Shown piece after piece: positions 1-9,888 of a stretch of DNA of 59,023 bases. Both the position numbers and the translations under genes were made by a program. The notes below the pieces were generated by a model. The model ran no database searches. It saw only the letters and a list, made by a program, of their open reading frames with translations, and was not told the origin of the DNA. This DNA is from Bdellovibrio sp. Its GTDB lineage: Bacteria; UBA10199; 2-02-FULL-44-16; DYJF01. Numbering within the stretch: the stretch's first letter is position 1; each line of letters starts with the position of its first letter. The DNA lies in assembly GCA_020723205.1 (NCBI GenBank), contig DYJF01000005.1:1-59023 (forward strand). Reading direction: 5' to 3'.

Positions 1-606
1 GATATCGATGGAGATCAAATTGTCATTCCAAACGAAACTGCGAGACTGCTTCGCTGCGCTCGCAATGACGATTTTATACACTCGCCTTACCGCGTCCTTT
101 GCCGAGGAACCGGTCGCCTGAAAACTCTTGAAGTCGTGCCTTCCAACGAGGCACTTCGCCGCCTTTTTCATCGCTGTGACATCCAGTTTTTCGCGCACCT
201 GCCAGCAACGATCTGCGTTCAGGGCCGTCGGGGCAGGGCTGCTAAGTATCATGTAGCGGTACAATTTTGCCTTCGCGTCCTTTTGGGCGTGGAAATCGGT
301 TGATGCCTCTTCGGCACCAATAACCGAGATATCATGAAATCCCACCCTCCCCCCCCGCAACTGTGAATTTATGCCGTTCATAAAACCCATGGGCGGTATC
401 ATCGTGGATGTCCTGAAGTGAGCGACCTGTCCCATCGCGTGGACGCCTGCGTCTGTCCTCGATGCGCCTATCACGTGATTCTCCTCGCCGGTCATCTTCC
501 TCACCGCCCTGCAGAGCTCACCCTGTACGGACCTGCCAGACGGCTGTATCTGCCAGCCGCAGCAATCCGTCCCGTCATACTCTATTGTGAGCTTGATGGT
601 GCGCAT
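1..606 (-). CDS. truA: tRNA pseudouridine(38-40) synthase, partial (runs off the left edge; absent from ORF track)
   Basis: Manual translation from ATG at 606: MRTIKLTIEYDGTDCCGWQIQ...GASRTDAGVHAMGQVAHF...GRHDFKSF. These are the TruA EYDG, RTDAGVHA and HDF motifs. Confidence 0.95.
   Translation of the reverse strand, partial: MRTIKLTIEYDGTDCCGWQIQPSGRSVQGELCRAVRKMTGEENHVIGASRTDAGVHAMGQVAHFRTSTMIPPMGFMNGINSQLRGGRVGFHDISVIGAEEASTDFHAQKDAKAKLYRYMILSSPAPTALNADRCWQVREKLDVTAMKKAAKCLVGRHDFKSFQATGSSAKDAVRRVYKIVIASAAKQSRSFVWNDNLISIDI
42..70. repeat. Half palindromic element (GTCATTGCGAGC..GAAGCAGTCTC type) in frame inside truA
   Basis: gagactgcttcgctgcgctcgcaatgacg encodes VIASAAKQS in TruA; related to the element at 1242-1306. 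Confidence 0.7.
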
Positions 607-3161
607 CAGAATTCGAACAAAATGCCGATGGAAAAAACGGGCCCCGAAAGATCGAGCCCGGTCTTTCCGAACGAGTTGATATACTGATACTGCGCCTCGA
701 AGGTCAGAAAGAGATCATTGATGCCCATGTCCGTATCGAGCCCTTCTATCGCGTCTTCGCTGAAGACCTTCATGTTCATCTGCCCGCCCAAGACACCGTG
801 AACGCCGTATTTCAGGCCCTTTGTCACCGAGCCCTGGAGGTTCTCCCTGAAGAACCAATAATCAACGCCCACCTTGACGTAGGGCAGGAAATAGTCCCAC
901 GTCCAGTAGTCGATTCGCCACGTGAAGTTCGTCTCGAGCGGTATCAGGAGAAAGTTGAAGCGGTCCCTTGAGGTCTCGCCCGTGATGGTACCCACGGCAT
1001 CGCCGTTCTTCATGAAAAAACCGACCCCCTGCTCCACGCCGTAGCGCCCGTGGACCAGAAGCCCCCCCTGCACACGCGTTATCAGATTACAGCAATCACC
1101 AAAAAAATTCTTCACATTGGCGCTCTTCGGCATCCAAAAGCCGGTCTTGACCTCCATCGACCACCACTGTGAAGAGGGTTCGCTGGCGACGGACAATGCC
1201 GGATAGAATAAGGCAACAAACAGGACAATAAGCACTAAGAGGCCATTGCGAGCGAAGCGAATAAATCTCTCAAGACTGCCTCGTCGCTTTGCTCCCCGCA
1301 ATGACAGCATGAAAATAATTATCAGCAAAAAGGTAATTACAGGAATCCACCCACAGCACTTTTTAGATAGGGGTGCCAGCGCGCATCCCGCCTCTCCCGC
1401 GAGCTCGCACGGGCCGGCTGTCGCCTGCGGCACGTCGAACGCCACAGCGCCGTTAGGCAATGTGTTCGAGCGCGTGGTTGAGACGTTGCCGCCCGTATCC
1501 ACCGCGTCCATGGCAATGTAATACGCTATGCCGTTCGTAAGACCTGCGACCTCGCCCTCCTGCGAAGAGCCGGACGACGCCTGCGCGACCGTGGCGGCGA
1601 CCTCTGTCTTCGTGAGGACCGCCGCGGCGCTCGTATCGACGTAAATGCGGTATTCACTCATATCGGCGACATCGAGCCGCTCGAACTGGACGTAGATCCG
1701 TCCGTTGCCGAACCCCGTGGACAGAATGCCGGGCGCCGGCGGGGGAGTATCCACGTTGAGCGTCGTTGCGATCCGACCCCTGTCGCCGGCCGAATCGGTA
1801 ACGAAGACGAACAGGTCGTTCTCCCCCTCCTCAAAGGCGGTCGCGTTGTCGTCATAGTTGAAGGTAACCGTTACGTCAGTATCCGCAGTGGGGACCGTCC
1901 ATGAGGACGCGCCGGTGTTGTCCACGAGCGCCGTGCCGCTCCCGCTGACGTCTCCGCCCGCGCGGATCACCGCGGTGCCGGTCTCGTCGGCCTGGAAGGC
2001 GATCGTGAAGCTCTCGCCGATGCCCATCGAGCTGCCGCCGGAGGAATATGTAAGTGACGAAACGGTCACCCAAGGATCGGCCGTGATAACGCTCACCGTC
2101 TGCGTAGCGTTCGCGGTATAGACATATCCGTCCGTTACGGAAGAGGCCACGAGCTTATGGGGAACGGCCGACGTAGGTAGCGGCTCTCCGGAAACGGCGG
2201 GATCGGTCCCCATGTCGAGGACCTCGTCGCCCGCGGTGTTCACGACGGATATTCCCTTCGAACCGCCGATGTAGGCGTAGACAGCGTTTCCGGTCCCGCT
2301 CTGCGGGCGCGTGACCTCGGTGATCACGATCCCCGTGGGCCCGGGGTTCTCCGAAAGGTCTATGTCGTCGGCCACGATCGTGTGTGCGTTGGCATCTATC
2401 TTCACCAGAGTATTATCGGTCTCGTTGGTAACGTAGACATAGGCCCCGTTCGGCGTCACAGCGATCGATGAAAGGAGCGCAACATGAGTGGGATCAACGG
2501 CGATGGTCGCCGCCGAGACGCCTCCCGCATCCATATAGAAGACAACTCCCTTGTCGGTCGTGAAGAATATCTCGTCGGTCAAGAAGTTGTGGGCGGCGGC
2601 CGTGACCTCGAAACTCGCCACCGACAGTATTGAGAGGGTTATGGTGCTATCGACAGTTAAGGAGCTCAAGTCCAGAACGTTCACGGAATTGTCCTGTGTG
2701 TTTATAATGTAGGCGTTGAGACTGTTGTTGTCGATCGCTATCGGCCCCAGAACGCTGTCCTCCGCTATCACGACGGTAACGGGTTCGATCGTGATGTCGG
2801 CCAAATCATAGACGAGGCAATCCCCGTCGTCCTGCGGGGCATAAACGCGGTCCTTGAGCGAGGAATATGCCATCGAAGCCAGCCGCCCGTCGGTCCCCGC
2901 ATCGACATCGAGAGGCGGCGGCTGGTCCGCCGCGAGCGCGTAATCCGCCATGTCGATGACGGCCAGCGTCTCGCCGTAGGAAGCGAGCAGCGTCCGGTCA
3001 TCTTTCAAGATAAAGCCCGTGACCGTGTCGTTGAAACCGAAGTCGAACGGCGGATCGGAGCCGGTGACCCCTACCCTCTCCGTATCGGGGAACGCAAAGA
3101 GAGGGCCGGATGGCAGAAAAAGAGAGGCGGCGAAAAAAATAGATAAAAGGGCTTTTCTCAT
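606..3161 (-). CDS. Secreted protein: YVTN-like beta-propeller, Ig/FnIII-like domains, internal Cys-TM-basic sorting signal, second signal peptide and C-terminal outer-membrane beta-barrel
   Basis: N-terminal signal peptide; AVTPNGAYVYVTN-type repeats; GLTNGIAYYIAMDAVD FnIII-like strand; GCALA...TM-RGAKRR; amphipathic strands ending in LFEF. Confidence 0.75.
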   Translation of the reverse strand: MRKALLSIFFAASLFLPSGPLFAFPDTERVGVTGSDPPFDFGFNDTVTGFILKDDRTLLASYGETLAVIDMADYALAADQPPPLDVDAGTDGRLASMAYSSLKDRVYAPQDDGDCLVYDLADITIEPVTVVIAEDSVLGPIAIDNNSLNAYIINTQDNSVNVLDLSSLTVDSTITLSILSVASFEVTAAAHNFLTDEIFFTTDKGVVFYMDAGGVSAATIAVDPTHVALLSSIAVTPNGAYVYVTNETDNTLVKIDANAHTIVADDIDLSENPGPTGIVITEVTRPQSGTGNAVYAYIGGSKGISVVNTAGDEVLDMGTDPAVSGEPLPTSAVPHKLVASSVTDGYVYTANATQTVSVITADPWVTVSSLTYSSGGSSMGIGESFTIAFQADETGTAVIRAGGDVSGSGTALVDNTGASSWTVPTADTDVTVTFNYDDNATAFEEGENDLFVFVTDSAGDRGRIATTLNVDTPPPAPGILSTGFGNGRIYVQFERLDVADMSEYRIYVDTSAAAVLTKTEVAATVAQASSGSSQEGEVAGLTNGIAYYIAMDAVDTGGNVSTTRSNTLPNGAVAFDVPQATAGPCELAGEAGCALAPLSKKCCGWIPVITFLLIIIFMLSLRGAKRRGSLERFIRFARNGLLVLIVLFVALFYPALSVASEPSSQWWSMEVKTGFWMPKSANVKNFFGDCCNLITRVQGGLLVHGRYGVEQGVGFFMKNGDAVGTITGETSRDRFNFLLIPLETNFTWRIDYWTWDYFLPYVKVGVDYWFFRENLQGSVTKGLKYGVHGVLGGQMNMKVFSEDAIEGLDTDMGINDLFLTFEAQYQYINSFGKTGLDLSGPVFSIGILFEF
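1242..1306. repeat. Full palindromic element in frame inside the 851-aa protein
   Basis: gccattgcgagcgaagcga...tcgtcgctttgctccccgcaatgaca with paired ends; encodes LSLRGAKRRGSLERFIRFARNG. Confidence 0.7.
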
Positions 3162-3201
3162 GATGAGATAAGCCCTAAATTACGAGGAATTCGCGTATTG
3201 G

Positions 3202-4230
3202 TCAAGAATTGAGATGCTTTTTGACGAGCACCTCGGCTATCTGGACCGCATTGAGCGCCGCGCCCTTTCTCAAGTTGTCGGCTACGATCCACATATCGAG
3301 GCCGTTCTCCACCGAATCGTCCTTACGTATTCTCCCGACAAAGACCTGATCCCTCCCCACCGAAGATATAGCCATGGGATAGACGTTCTTGGCCGGGTCG
3401 TCCATTATCTCGATGCCTGCCGCACTCTTAAGGACCTCCCTGGCGTCTTTGGGCGTCACGGGGCTTTTGAACTCGATATTGACCGCCTCCGAGTGGCTGT
3501 AGAACACCGGCACTCGCACGGCGGTCGCCGTCACGCGGACCGATTCGTCGCCCAATATCTTCCTCGTCTCGAAGATCACCTTGGCCTCTTCCTTGGTCCG
3601 GCCGTCCTCGAGGAACTTATCTATGTGGGGTATGCAATTGAACGCGATCCTGTGCGGAAAGACATCGGTCTTTACGTCTCCCTGCGAGAAGAGCGCGACC
3701 GTCTGCTTTGAAAGCTCCTCCATGGCCTCCGTACCGGCGCCCGACGTGGACTGGTAAGTCGCGACCACGACGCGCTTCACGCCGAACCTGTCGTGGAGCG
3801 GTTTCAGAACTACGACGAGCTGTATGGTCGAGCAGTTGGGATTGGCTATGATGCCCCGGTTCTTATAGTCCGCGATCCTCTCGGGGTTCACTTCCGGCAC
3901 GACGAGGGGCACGTCCGGCTCCATCCGAAAGGCGCTGGAGTTGTCTATTACGACCGCGCCCGCCTTGGCCGCTATCGGCGCGAATTCACGGCTCACGGCG
4001 TTCCCGGCGGAAAAGAGCGCGATGTCCACGCCGGAGAAGGAATCCTTCGAAAGGACCTCCACGGGGAGATCCCGTCCCAAGAACTCAACGGTCTTGCCGA
4101 GCGAATTTTCGGAGGCGAGCGGGACCAGCTTGCCGACGGGGAACTTTCGCTCCACGAGTATCTCTATCATTGCCGTTCCAACGACGCCCGTCGCGCCGAC
4201 CACCGCCACATTGAAGTTCTTCACGTTCAT
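3202..4230 (-). CDS. asd: Aspartate-semialdehyde dehydrogenase
   Basis: VAVVGATGVVG, DNSSAFRM, IIANPNCST, DNLRKGAALNAVQIAE. Confidence 0.97.
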   Translation of the reverse strand: MNVKNFNVAVVGATGVVGTAMIEILVERKFPVGKLVPLASENSLGKTVEFLGRDLPVEVLSKDSFSGVDIALFSAGNAVSREFAPIAAKAGAVVIDNSSAFRMEPDVPLVVPEVNPERIADYKNRGIIANPNCSTIQLVVVLKPLHDRFGVKRVVVATYQSTSGAGTEAMEELSKQTVALFSQGDVKTDVFPHRIAFNCIPHIDKFLEDGRTKEEAKVIFETRKILGDESVRVTATAVRVPVFYSHSEAVNIEFKSPVTPKDAREVLKSAAGIEIMDDPAKNVYPMAISSVGRDQVFVGRIRKDDSVENGLDMWIVADNLRKGAALNAVQIAEVLVKKHLNS

Positions 4231-4514
4231 CCTTTCTTTTTGAAGAGCGCCTCAAGCTTCGAACGTGCGTCTTCGGGCCTGCTTTTCTCTTCCTTCTTTT
4301 TTCCGAATTCGAAATAATCGCAAAAATTCCCCTTCTCCTTGTCCGAGACCCACTCCGACTGCGGCTCGGCGCACTGGTGATACGCGCTCACGTCATAAAA
4401 GCGGCACTGGAGGCACGAATGGAGATCTCGGCCGCATGAAGGGCAGGAATCCCGTCTTCCGATCCTCTCCTTCGTCTCGATCGCCTTACCGCAAAAGACG
4501 CATTTCTTTTCCAT
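4227..4514 (-). CDS. Small Cys-rich putative zinc-binding protein
   Basis: CVFC, CPSC, HSCLQC, C...NFCDYF; translationally coupled to asd. Confidence 0.75.
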   Translation of the reverse strand: MEKKCVFCGKAIETKERIGRRDSCPSCGRDLHSCLQCRFYDVSAYHQCAEPQSEWVSDKEKGNFCDYFEFGKKKEEKSRPEDARSKLEALFKKKG

Positions 4515-4516
4515 GA

Positions 4517-5362
4517 TTAATGAAGGTTTTCCTGACTTTCAGCGCCGGCCTCTATTTCGGCCATCATTGCTAGCCGCCTCGCCCTTCTCTCCCGACGGCG
4601 TGCCCGCATCTGTTCCAAGAACGGTCCCTTCCGTCTCTCCCTTATGACGTGTTCCACTATCCCGAAGGCGACGTAGCCCACGACAAGGATGAACATCGCG
4701 GCCTCGGGACTCAATGCCACTATGAAAAGCCCGATGACAAGCAGCACCAGCGCGAAGAAGGAGTTCCTGTGGCGAAAATCGACCTGTTTGAAGCTCAAGT
4801 AGCCGATGTTCGAGACCATGAGAAGCGAGAGCGCCACCGTCATGCCGAGAACTACGTAGCTCCCCTCCGGCGGAATGGCGAAATAATCGTGGTAGAAGAT
4901 CACGTAGGTGGCCATCACGTAGGCCGCAATCGGTATCGGAAGCCCCTGAAAGCGCTTGCCCTCGACGGTATTGTGCTGGACGTTGAAGCGGGCCAGCCGC
5001 ATGGCTCCGCACGCAAAATATAGGAACGCGGCGAGCCAGCCGATCTTTTTTAAGCCGAAGAGCGTCCACGTATAGACCATGATGCCCGGAGCGAGCCCGA
5101 AGGAGGCCAGGTCCACTAAAGAATCGTACTCTATGCCGAACTCGCTTTCCGCGTGGGCAAGCCGCGCGAGCCGGCCGTCCAGAAGGTCGAATATGCCCGA
5201 TAACAGTATCGCCCAAGCGGCAGAGATATAATCGCCGGAAAGGGACTTCGCGATGGAGAAAAAACCGCAGAAGAGAGACGCGGTCGTGCAGAGGTTCGGC
5301 AGGAGATAGACCCCCCTTCCAAGACCCATCCTGCGCCTGAAGACCCGTGTCGTCATCGCCAT
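4517..5362 (-). CDS. pssA: CDP-diacylglycerol--serine O-phosphatidyltransferase
   Basis: LPNLCT, FDLLDGRLAR...FGIEYDSLVD, RLARFN; adjacent to psd. Confidence 0.95.
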   Translation of the reverse strand: MAMTTRVFRRRMGLGRGVYLLPNLCTTASLFCGFFSIAKSLSGDYISAAWAILLSGIFDLLDGRLARLAHAESEFGIEYDSLVDLASFGLAPGIMVYTWTLFGLKKIGWLAAFLYFACGAMRLARFNVQHNTVEGKRFQGLPIPIAAYVMATYVIFYHDYFAIPPEGSYVVLGMTVALSLLMVSNIGYLSFKQVDFRHRNSFFALVLLVIGLFIVALSPEAAMFILVVGYVAFGIVEHVIRERRKGPFLEQMRARRRERRARRLAMMAEIEAGAESQENLH

Positions 5363-6006
5363 CTCCCCAAAACCGTTTCGCCGGCGCGCACCCTGTCGCC
5401 TTTTTTCATGAGCAGATCGAAACGTCCCGAAGGCAAAAAGATGTCCACTCTTGAACCGAAGCGTATCAATCCCAAACGGGAACCCTTACCCGCCTCGAAG
5501 CCGTTCTGAAGGTAGCATATTATCCTTCGCGCAACAACGCCGGCTATCTGCACCACCCTAACGCGCCTGCCGGAACCGTCGTTTATCACAATAGTGTTCC
5601 GTTCGTTGTGCTCCGACGCCTTGTCCAAGCTCGCCACAAAGAATTTTCCGGGACGGTAGTTCACATCTTCGACCCTTCCACTGACAGGAACACGGTTTAC
5701 GTGGCAGTTGAAGACCGACATGAACGTGGAGACCTTCGTTTCCCCGCCGGCGCTCTCTATCGCGATGATCCTGCCGTCCGCAGGTGCTATGATGATATGA
5801 TCTCCATGGGGCGCCTCCCTCTTGGGGTTGCGGAAGAAAAAGCAGACAAAAAGGGTCAAAAAAACGAATATAGCCGCAAGGACGGTCCATGCGGCGATCA
5901 CAGTAAAAAGACAGACCGCCGCCGAAATGACGATAAATGGATACCCCTCCTGCGTAACGAGCCGCTCCCGGGGCATCGGCTGAAAAGCTGAAAACTTGCT
6001 TGTCAC
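5353..6006 (-). CDS. psd: Phosphatidylserine decarboxylase proenzyme
   Basis: FFRNP, APADG, HVNRVP, FGSRVD autocleavage motif. Confidence 0.95.
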   Translation of the reverse strand: MTSKFSAFQPMPRERLVTQEGYPFIVISAAVCLFTVIAAWTVLAAIFVFLTLFVCFFFRNPKREAPHGDHIIIAPADGRIIAIESAGGETKVSTFMSVFNCHVNRVPVSGRVEDVNYRPGKFFVASLDKASEHNERNTIVINDGSGRRVRVVQIAGVVARRIICYLQNGFEAGKGSRLGLIRFGSRVDIFLPSGRFDLLMKKGDRVRAGETVLGRWR

Positions 6007-6233
6007 TGATTCTTATCCCTATATCGCTTAAGGATAAATTCTATTTGATCCCGACCCATTAGCTTAACCTTCTTCAAGTTCTTCTTTTCCATTTCCTCGG
6101 CGGGGGTCAGTGTAAGTTTCTGGTTGATCTGCTCGATCCTTTTTTCAAGGTCGAGGTGTTCTTCGTAGAGCTTCTTGAGGTTAGTGTCCGTCGTGATGTG
6201 CTTCTCAATGAGCTCCAAGTCACGTTGTTCCAT
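6003..6233 (-). CDS. DUF465/YdcH-like small coiled-coil protein
   Basis: LYEEHLDLE...LKKVKLMGRDQI pattern; start reassigned to ATG 6233 after an AAGGAGG RBS. Confidence 0.75.
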   Translation of the reverse strand: MEQRDLELIEKHITTDTNLKKLYEEHLDLEKRIEQINQKLTLTPAEEMEKKNLKKVKLMGRDQIEFILKRYRDKNQ

Positions 6234-6300
6234 GGGACTACCCTCCTTTCCCTTTGTTTTCTCCATACCAGCAAAACGGGCTCATTTTCAAGCCCAATCG

Positions 6301-7836
6301 CTATCTCAAGGTTCCCGCCGCCCTCTCGGCCGCCTCGATCAACGCACCCGATCTTACAAGGGCCAGACATCTTTCAAGATCGGGTTTGACTTCGCGGTCC
6401 CTATCCATAAAGGGTACTTCCTTGCGAAGGGCATTATAAACAGCTCTCGTGCCCTTTCCGGGGAAACGGTTCTTTTGGCGCTTTATGTCTATCGCCTGAC
6501 AGGCGGAAAGGACCTCAATCGCCAAGACCGTCTCGACGTTACCTGCCACCGTCGCCGCCTTTCTCGCGGCGAAATAACCCATGCTGACGTGGTCCTCCTG
6601 ACCCGCGAAGGTCGGTATCGTATCGACGCTTGCGGGATGCGCCAGGGTCTTGTTCTCGGATACTATGGAGGCCATCGTCACGTGAAGCGGCGCCAGCCCC
6701 GAATTGAGTCCGGGACCAGGGACCAGATACTTGACCGGGAGTTCGCCCTCAAGCGGGCTTAAAAGTATCGCGACACGGCGTTCCGAGATAGATGCGAGCT
6801 CCGACAGCGCGATGGCCAGCACATCCATGGCTATGGCCAGCGGCTCTCCGTGGAAATTGCCGCCGGAGATGATATCACCGTCCTCGTGGAATATGAGGGG
6901 ATTGTCGGTGCAGGAGTTGAGCTCGCGCTCCACGACGCCTATCGCATACGCGCAAGCGTCCTTCACTGCGCCGTGGACCTGCGGTATGCAGCGGAATGAA
7001 TACGGGTCCTGAACGCGTTTGCATTTCGCATGGCTCTCTATGATCTGGCTGCCCTCTATCAGGCGGCGTATATTGTTCGCCGCGGCGATCTGTCCGGGAT
7101 GGGGCCTTATCGCGTGGATGCGCTGATCGAACGGGCGCTTGGAGGCCCTGTCACCCTCCACCGAAAGAGCGCCCGCGATATCCGCAAGCTTCGAGAGAGA
7201 ACGCGCCTTTATGGCGCAAAGCGCGGCAATCGCCGTCATCGCCTGCGTTCCGTTGATGAGGGCGATACCCTCCTTCGGGGCCAGACGTATCGGCTTGAGT
7301 CCCGTGAGCTTTAGCGCCCTCTTCGCGTCGGTAATGTCCCCTTTGTAGCGGACCTTCCCCCTGCCGATCATGGCGAGCGCCACGTGAGATAACGGGGCCA
7401 GGTCGCCGCTTGCGCCCACGGAGCCCTTTTCAGGGATGAGCGGCGTGACGCCGCGGTTGATCATCTCAATGAGGAGGGCAAGCGTCTCCTGCCTGATGCC
7501 TGAAAATCCCGCCGCAAGCACGTTGGCGCGCAGCAACATTATCAGGCGGGATATGTTCTCGGGCAGGTGTTCTCCGACGCCGACCGCGTGAGATATGATC
7601 AGATTTTCCTGCAATAGCTCCATGTCCCTGTCGGATATGCGTTTGTTGGCGAGCATCCCGAAACCGGTGTTGATGCCGTAGAAGGGCTCGTGCGATTCGA
7701 GTTTTTTTTCCACGAACCGGCGACACTGCTTCAGGCGCCTGATGGTCTCCTGCGAGACCATGACCCTCGAGCGCTCCGTCAAAAAAGATTCTATCTGGGA
7801 AAAGGTCAGCGATTTGCCGTCGAGTGTGATGTTCAT
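6301..7836 (-). CDS. hutH: Histidine ammonia-lyase
   Basis: YGINTGFG, MIO-forming GASGDLAPL, His-type SH in LIISHAVG, QDPYSFRC, GGNFHGE, QEDHVSM. Confidence 0.95.
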   Translation of the reverse strand: MNITLDGKSLTFSQIESFLTERSRVMVSQETIRRLKQCRRFVEKKLESHEPFYGINTGFGMLANKRISDRDMELLQENLIISHAVGVGEHLPENISRLIMLLRANVLAAGFSGIRQETLALLIEMINRGVTPLIPEKGSVGASGDLAPLSHVALAMIGRGKVRYKGDITDAKRALKLTGLKPIRLAPKEGIALINGTQAMTAIAALCAIKARSLSKLADIAGALSVEGDRASKRPFDQRIHAIRPHPGQIAAANNIRRLIEGSQIIESHAKCKRVQDPYSFRCIPQVHGAVKDACAYAIGVVERELNSCTDNPLIFHEDGDIISGGNFHGEPLAIAMDVLAIALSELASISERRVAILLSPLEGELPVKYLVPGPGLNSGLAPLHVTMASIVSENKTLAHPASVDTIPTFAGQEDHVSMGYFAARKAATVAGNVETVLAIEVLSACQAIDIKRQKNRFPGKGTRAVYNALRKEVPFMDRDREVKPDLERCLALVRSGALIEAAERAAGTLR

Positions 7837-8534
7837 TTTTTTCCCCCTCCCTTGAACCCTATCTCCGCGTCGCTATGGCGCAGATAGTTGGGCGCCAGCT
7901 TCGCAATGTCATCCCCGCCTTTTTTCAGGCGGGGCAATGCGAGCCGCGCGATGAAGGACGCGCGCGGGAACTTGAGGGTTTCCGCGTCAATGACGGCCCT
8001 GCCCTTGAGTTTTGCGGCCAGCATGGATTCATACGCCGCCACGCCGTCGCCCGTGAGCAGCAATCTTCCCTTTAGTTTTTTCAGGCGCGCGCACAGATCG
8101 GCGGGCGCGGCCAGGCCTTCCTTGAGGACCGTTCTGTGCGTCCCCCTCGTGAACTTGTAGGCGGCGTAGTAAACCTCCGCCCTTCTTGCATCGATCACAG
8201 AAACGACAGTCGCGTCCGAAAAGAGCCCGTTGCAGGCAAGCGCCAAAAGCGAAGAGACGCCGGCGACCGGCCTTGAAAGGCCGGTCGCGATGCCCTTTGC
8301 CGTCGCAAGCCCTATGCGGAGCCCCGTGAACGAGCCCGGGCCTATTGCAACGGCGATGCCTTCGATATCCTTCTTTTCCCAGCTCGAAAGTGTCAGGAGA
8401 TGATCGATCGTGGCGACAAGACGCTCGGAGTGCGTGACCGCTACGCCAAGCTGCTCTTCTGCGACGGTTCTCATCCCGTCGCAAAGTGCGACCGACCCGA
8501 ACAGCGTAGTCGTATCAATGGCTAGAATTTTCAT
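7833..8534 (-). CDS. tsaB: tRNA t6A37 biosynthesis protein TsaB
   Basis: ILAIDTT, GPGSFTGLRIG, DARRAEVY, PNYLR. Confidence 0.95.
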   Translation of the reverse strand: MKILAIDTTTLFGSVALCDGMRTVAEEQLGVAVTHSERLVATIDHLLTLSSWEKKDIEGIAVAIGPGSFTGLRIGLATAKGIATGLSRPVAGVSSLLALACNGLFSDATVVSVIDARRAEVYYAAYKFTRGTHRTVLKEGLAAPADLCARLKKLKGRLLLTGDGVAAYESMLAAKLKGRAVIDAETLKFPRASFIARLALPRLKKGGDDIAKLAPNYLRHSDAEIGFKGGGKK

Positions 8535-8544
8535 AAGCGGACCG

Positions 8545-9888
8545 TCAGAATATTTTCTTCAGAAACGAGCGCAGGCCAAAAACGCTTTCAAGGTCGTTCC
8601 ATGTCACAAGGAGCATGAACGCCACGAGGAGGAAAAAGCCCGCCTGCGTGGCGTATTGCCGGACCTTCAAGCTCAAGGGTTTTCTCCTCACCGCCTCGAT
8701 ACCGAGGAAGAGGAGATGTCCTCCGTCAAGGACCGGTATCGGCATCACGTTGATGATGGCGAGCTGGAGACTCAAGAAAGCCAGAAAATACAAAAAGTTC
8801 GACAGCCCCGAAGCGGCAGCCGCCGCGGAGGCCTTAGCGATGATCACCGGCCCTCCAAGCACCTTGTATGAAAGGCCGCCCGTGAACAGGCGCTTCAGGA
8901 CGGAGAACGTAAGCCCCACGAGCTTAATGTTCTCCTTCGTGCCCTCTTTTATCGATCCCAGGAATCCGTAGCGCACAACGGTCATCGGCATCCCGCTTTG
9001 CCTGTCCTTGACGATGCCGATGAGCCAGCGCTTCGCCTCTTCGTTATATTCGGGCGTGACCTTGAGAACCAATGAATCGTCGCCGCGCTTCACTTTAAGC
9101 TCCGCCTCTTTCCCGCCGTTCTCGTTCACCTTCTGCGCGAGGTCCATCCAGTCGCTGATCGCCTTGCCGTTCACCGCCTCGACCCTGTCCCCCTTCATGA
9201 GCCCGGCAGATGCGGCCGGTCCGCCGGATGCGACGCCGTCTATCACCGCCTCGTTGCCGATAAAGAGCATCGGTTCGATGCCCGTGTAGCCGCCCTTCAT
9301 CTCCGGCATCTGCGATACTTCCATCAGCTGTTCGAACGCCTTCCCGCCCCGTTCGAGCGTAAGCATGAGCCGGCTGTTGGGCGAGAGAATGAATTTATTG
9401 AGCGCATCCTCCCAATCGGAAACTTCCTTGCCTTCAATCTTGAGTATCAGGTCGCCCTTCTCGATCCCCGCCTTTGCCGCAGGGGATTCGCCCCTGACTC
9501 CCATGACGACCGGCTGCTGATCCAGAAATACCGGCTGCGATCGGCCGAGCATGAAAACGATCGGCATCAAGACAAGGGCAAAGACAAAGTTCATGAGGGG
9601 GCCGAAAATGATTATCTTCGCACGCTGCCAGATCGTCTTATTCGAGAAGGAACGGGGGTCGTCGGAACCCTCTTGCGGGTCCTCGCCCAGCATCTTCACG
9701 TAACCGCCCAGCGGCAGCGCGGAGATGCGGTAATCGGTTTCTCCCTTCCTGAAACCGATCAGGCGGGGGCCGAAGCCCAGAGAGAACTCCTCCACCTTGA
9801 CGCCCTGCCGTTTCGCAAGGATGAAGTGGCCCAGTTCATGGACAAAGATGAGAAGGCCCAGTGCGATGAGGAAGTATAGGAATGTCAT
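8545..9888 (-). CDS. rseP: RIP metalloprotease RseP with two PDZ domains
   Basis: HELGH zinc motif, [12 protein letters not shown]; start reassigned to ATG 9888, overlapping the dxr stop. Confidence 0.95.
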   Translation of the reverse strand: MTFLYFLIALGLLIFVHELGHFILAKRQGVKVEEFSLGFGPRLIGFRKGETDYRISALPLGGYVKMLGEDPQEGSDDPRSFSNKTIWQRAKIIIFGPLMNFVFALVLMPIVFMLGRSQPVFLDQQPVVMGVRGESPAAKAGIEKGDLILKIEGKEVSDWEDALNKFILSPNSRLMLTLERGGKAFEQLMEVSQMPEMKGGYTGIEPMLFIGNEAVIDGVASGGPAASAGLMKGDRVEAVNGKAISDWMDLAQKVNENGGKEAELKVKRGDDSLVLKVTPEYNEEAKRWLIGIVKDRQSGMPMTVVRYGFLGSIKEGTKENIKLVGLTFSVLKRLFTGGLSYKVLGGPVIIAKASAAAAASGLSNFLYFLAFLSLQLAIINVMPIPVLDGGHLLFLGIEAVRRKPLSLKVRQYATQAGFFLLVAFMLLVTWNDLESVFGLRSFLKKIF

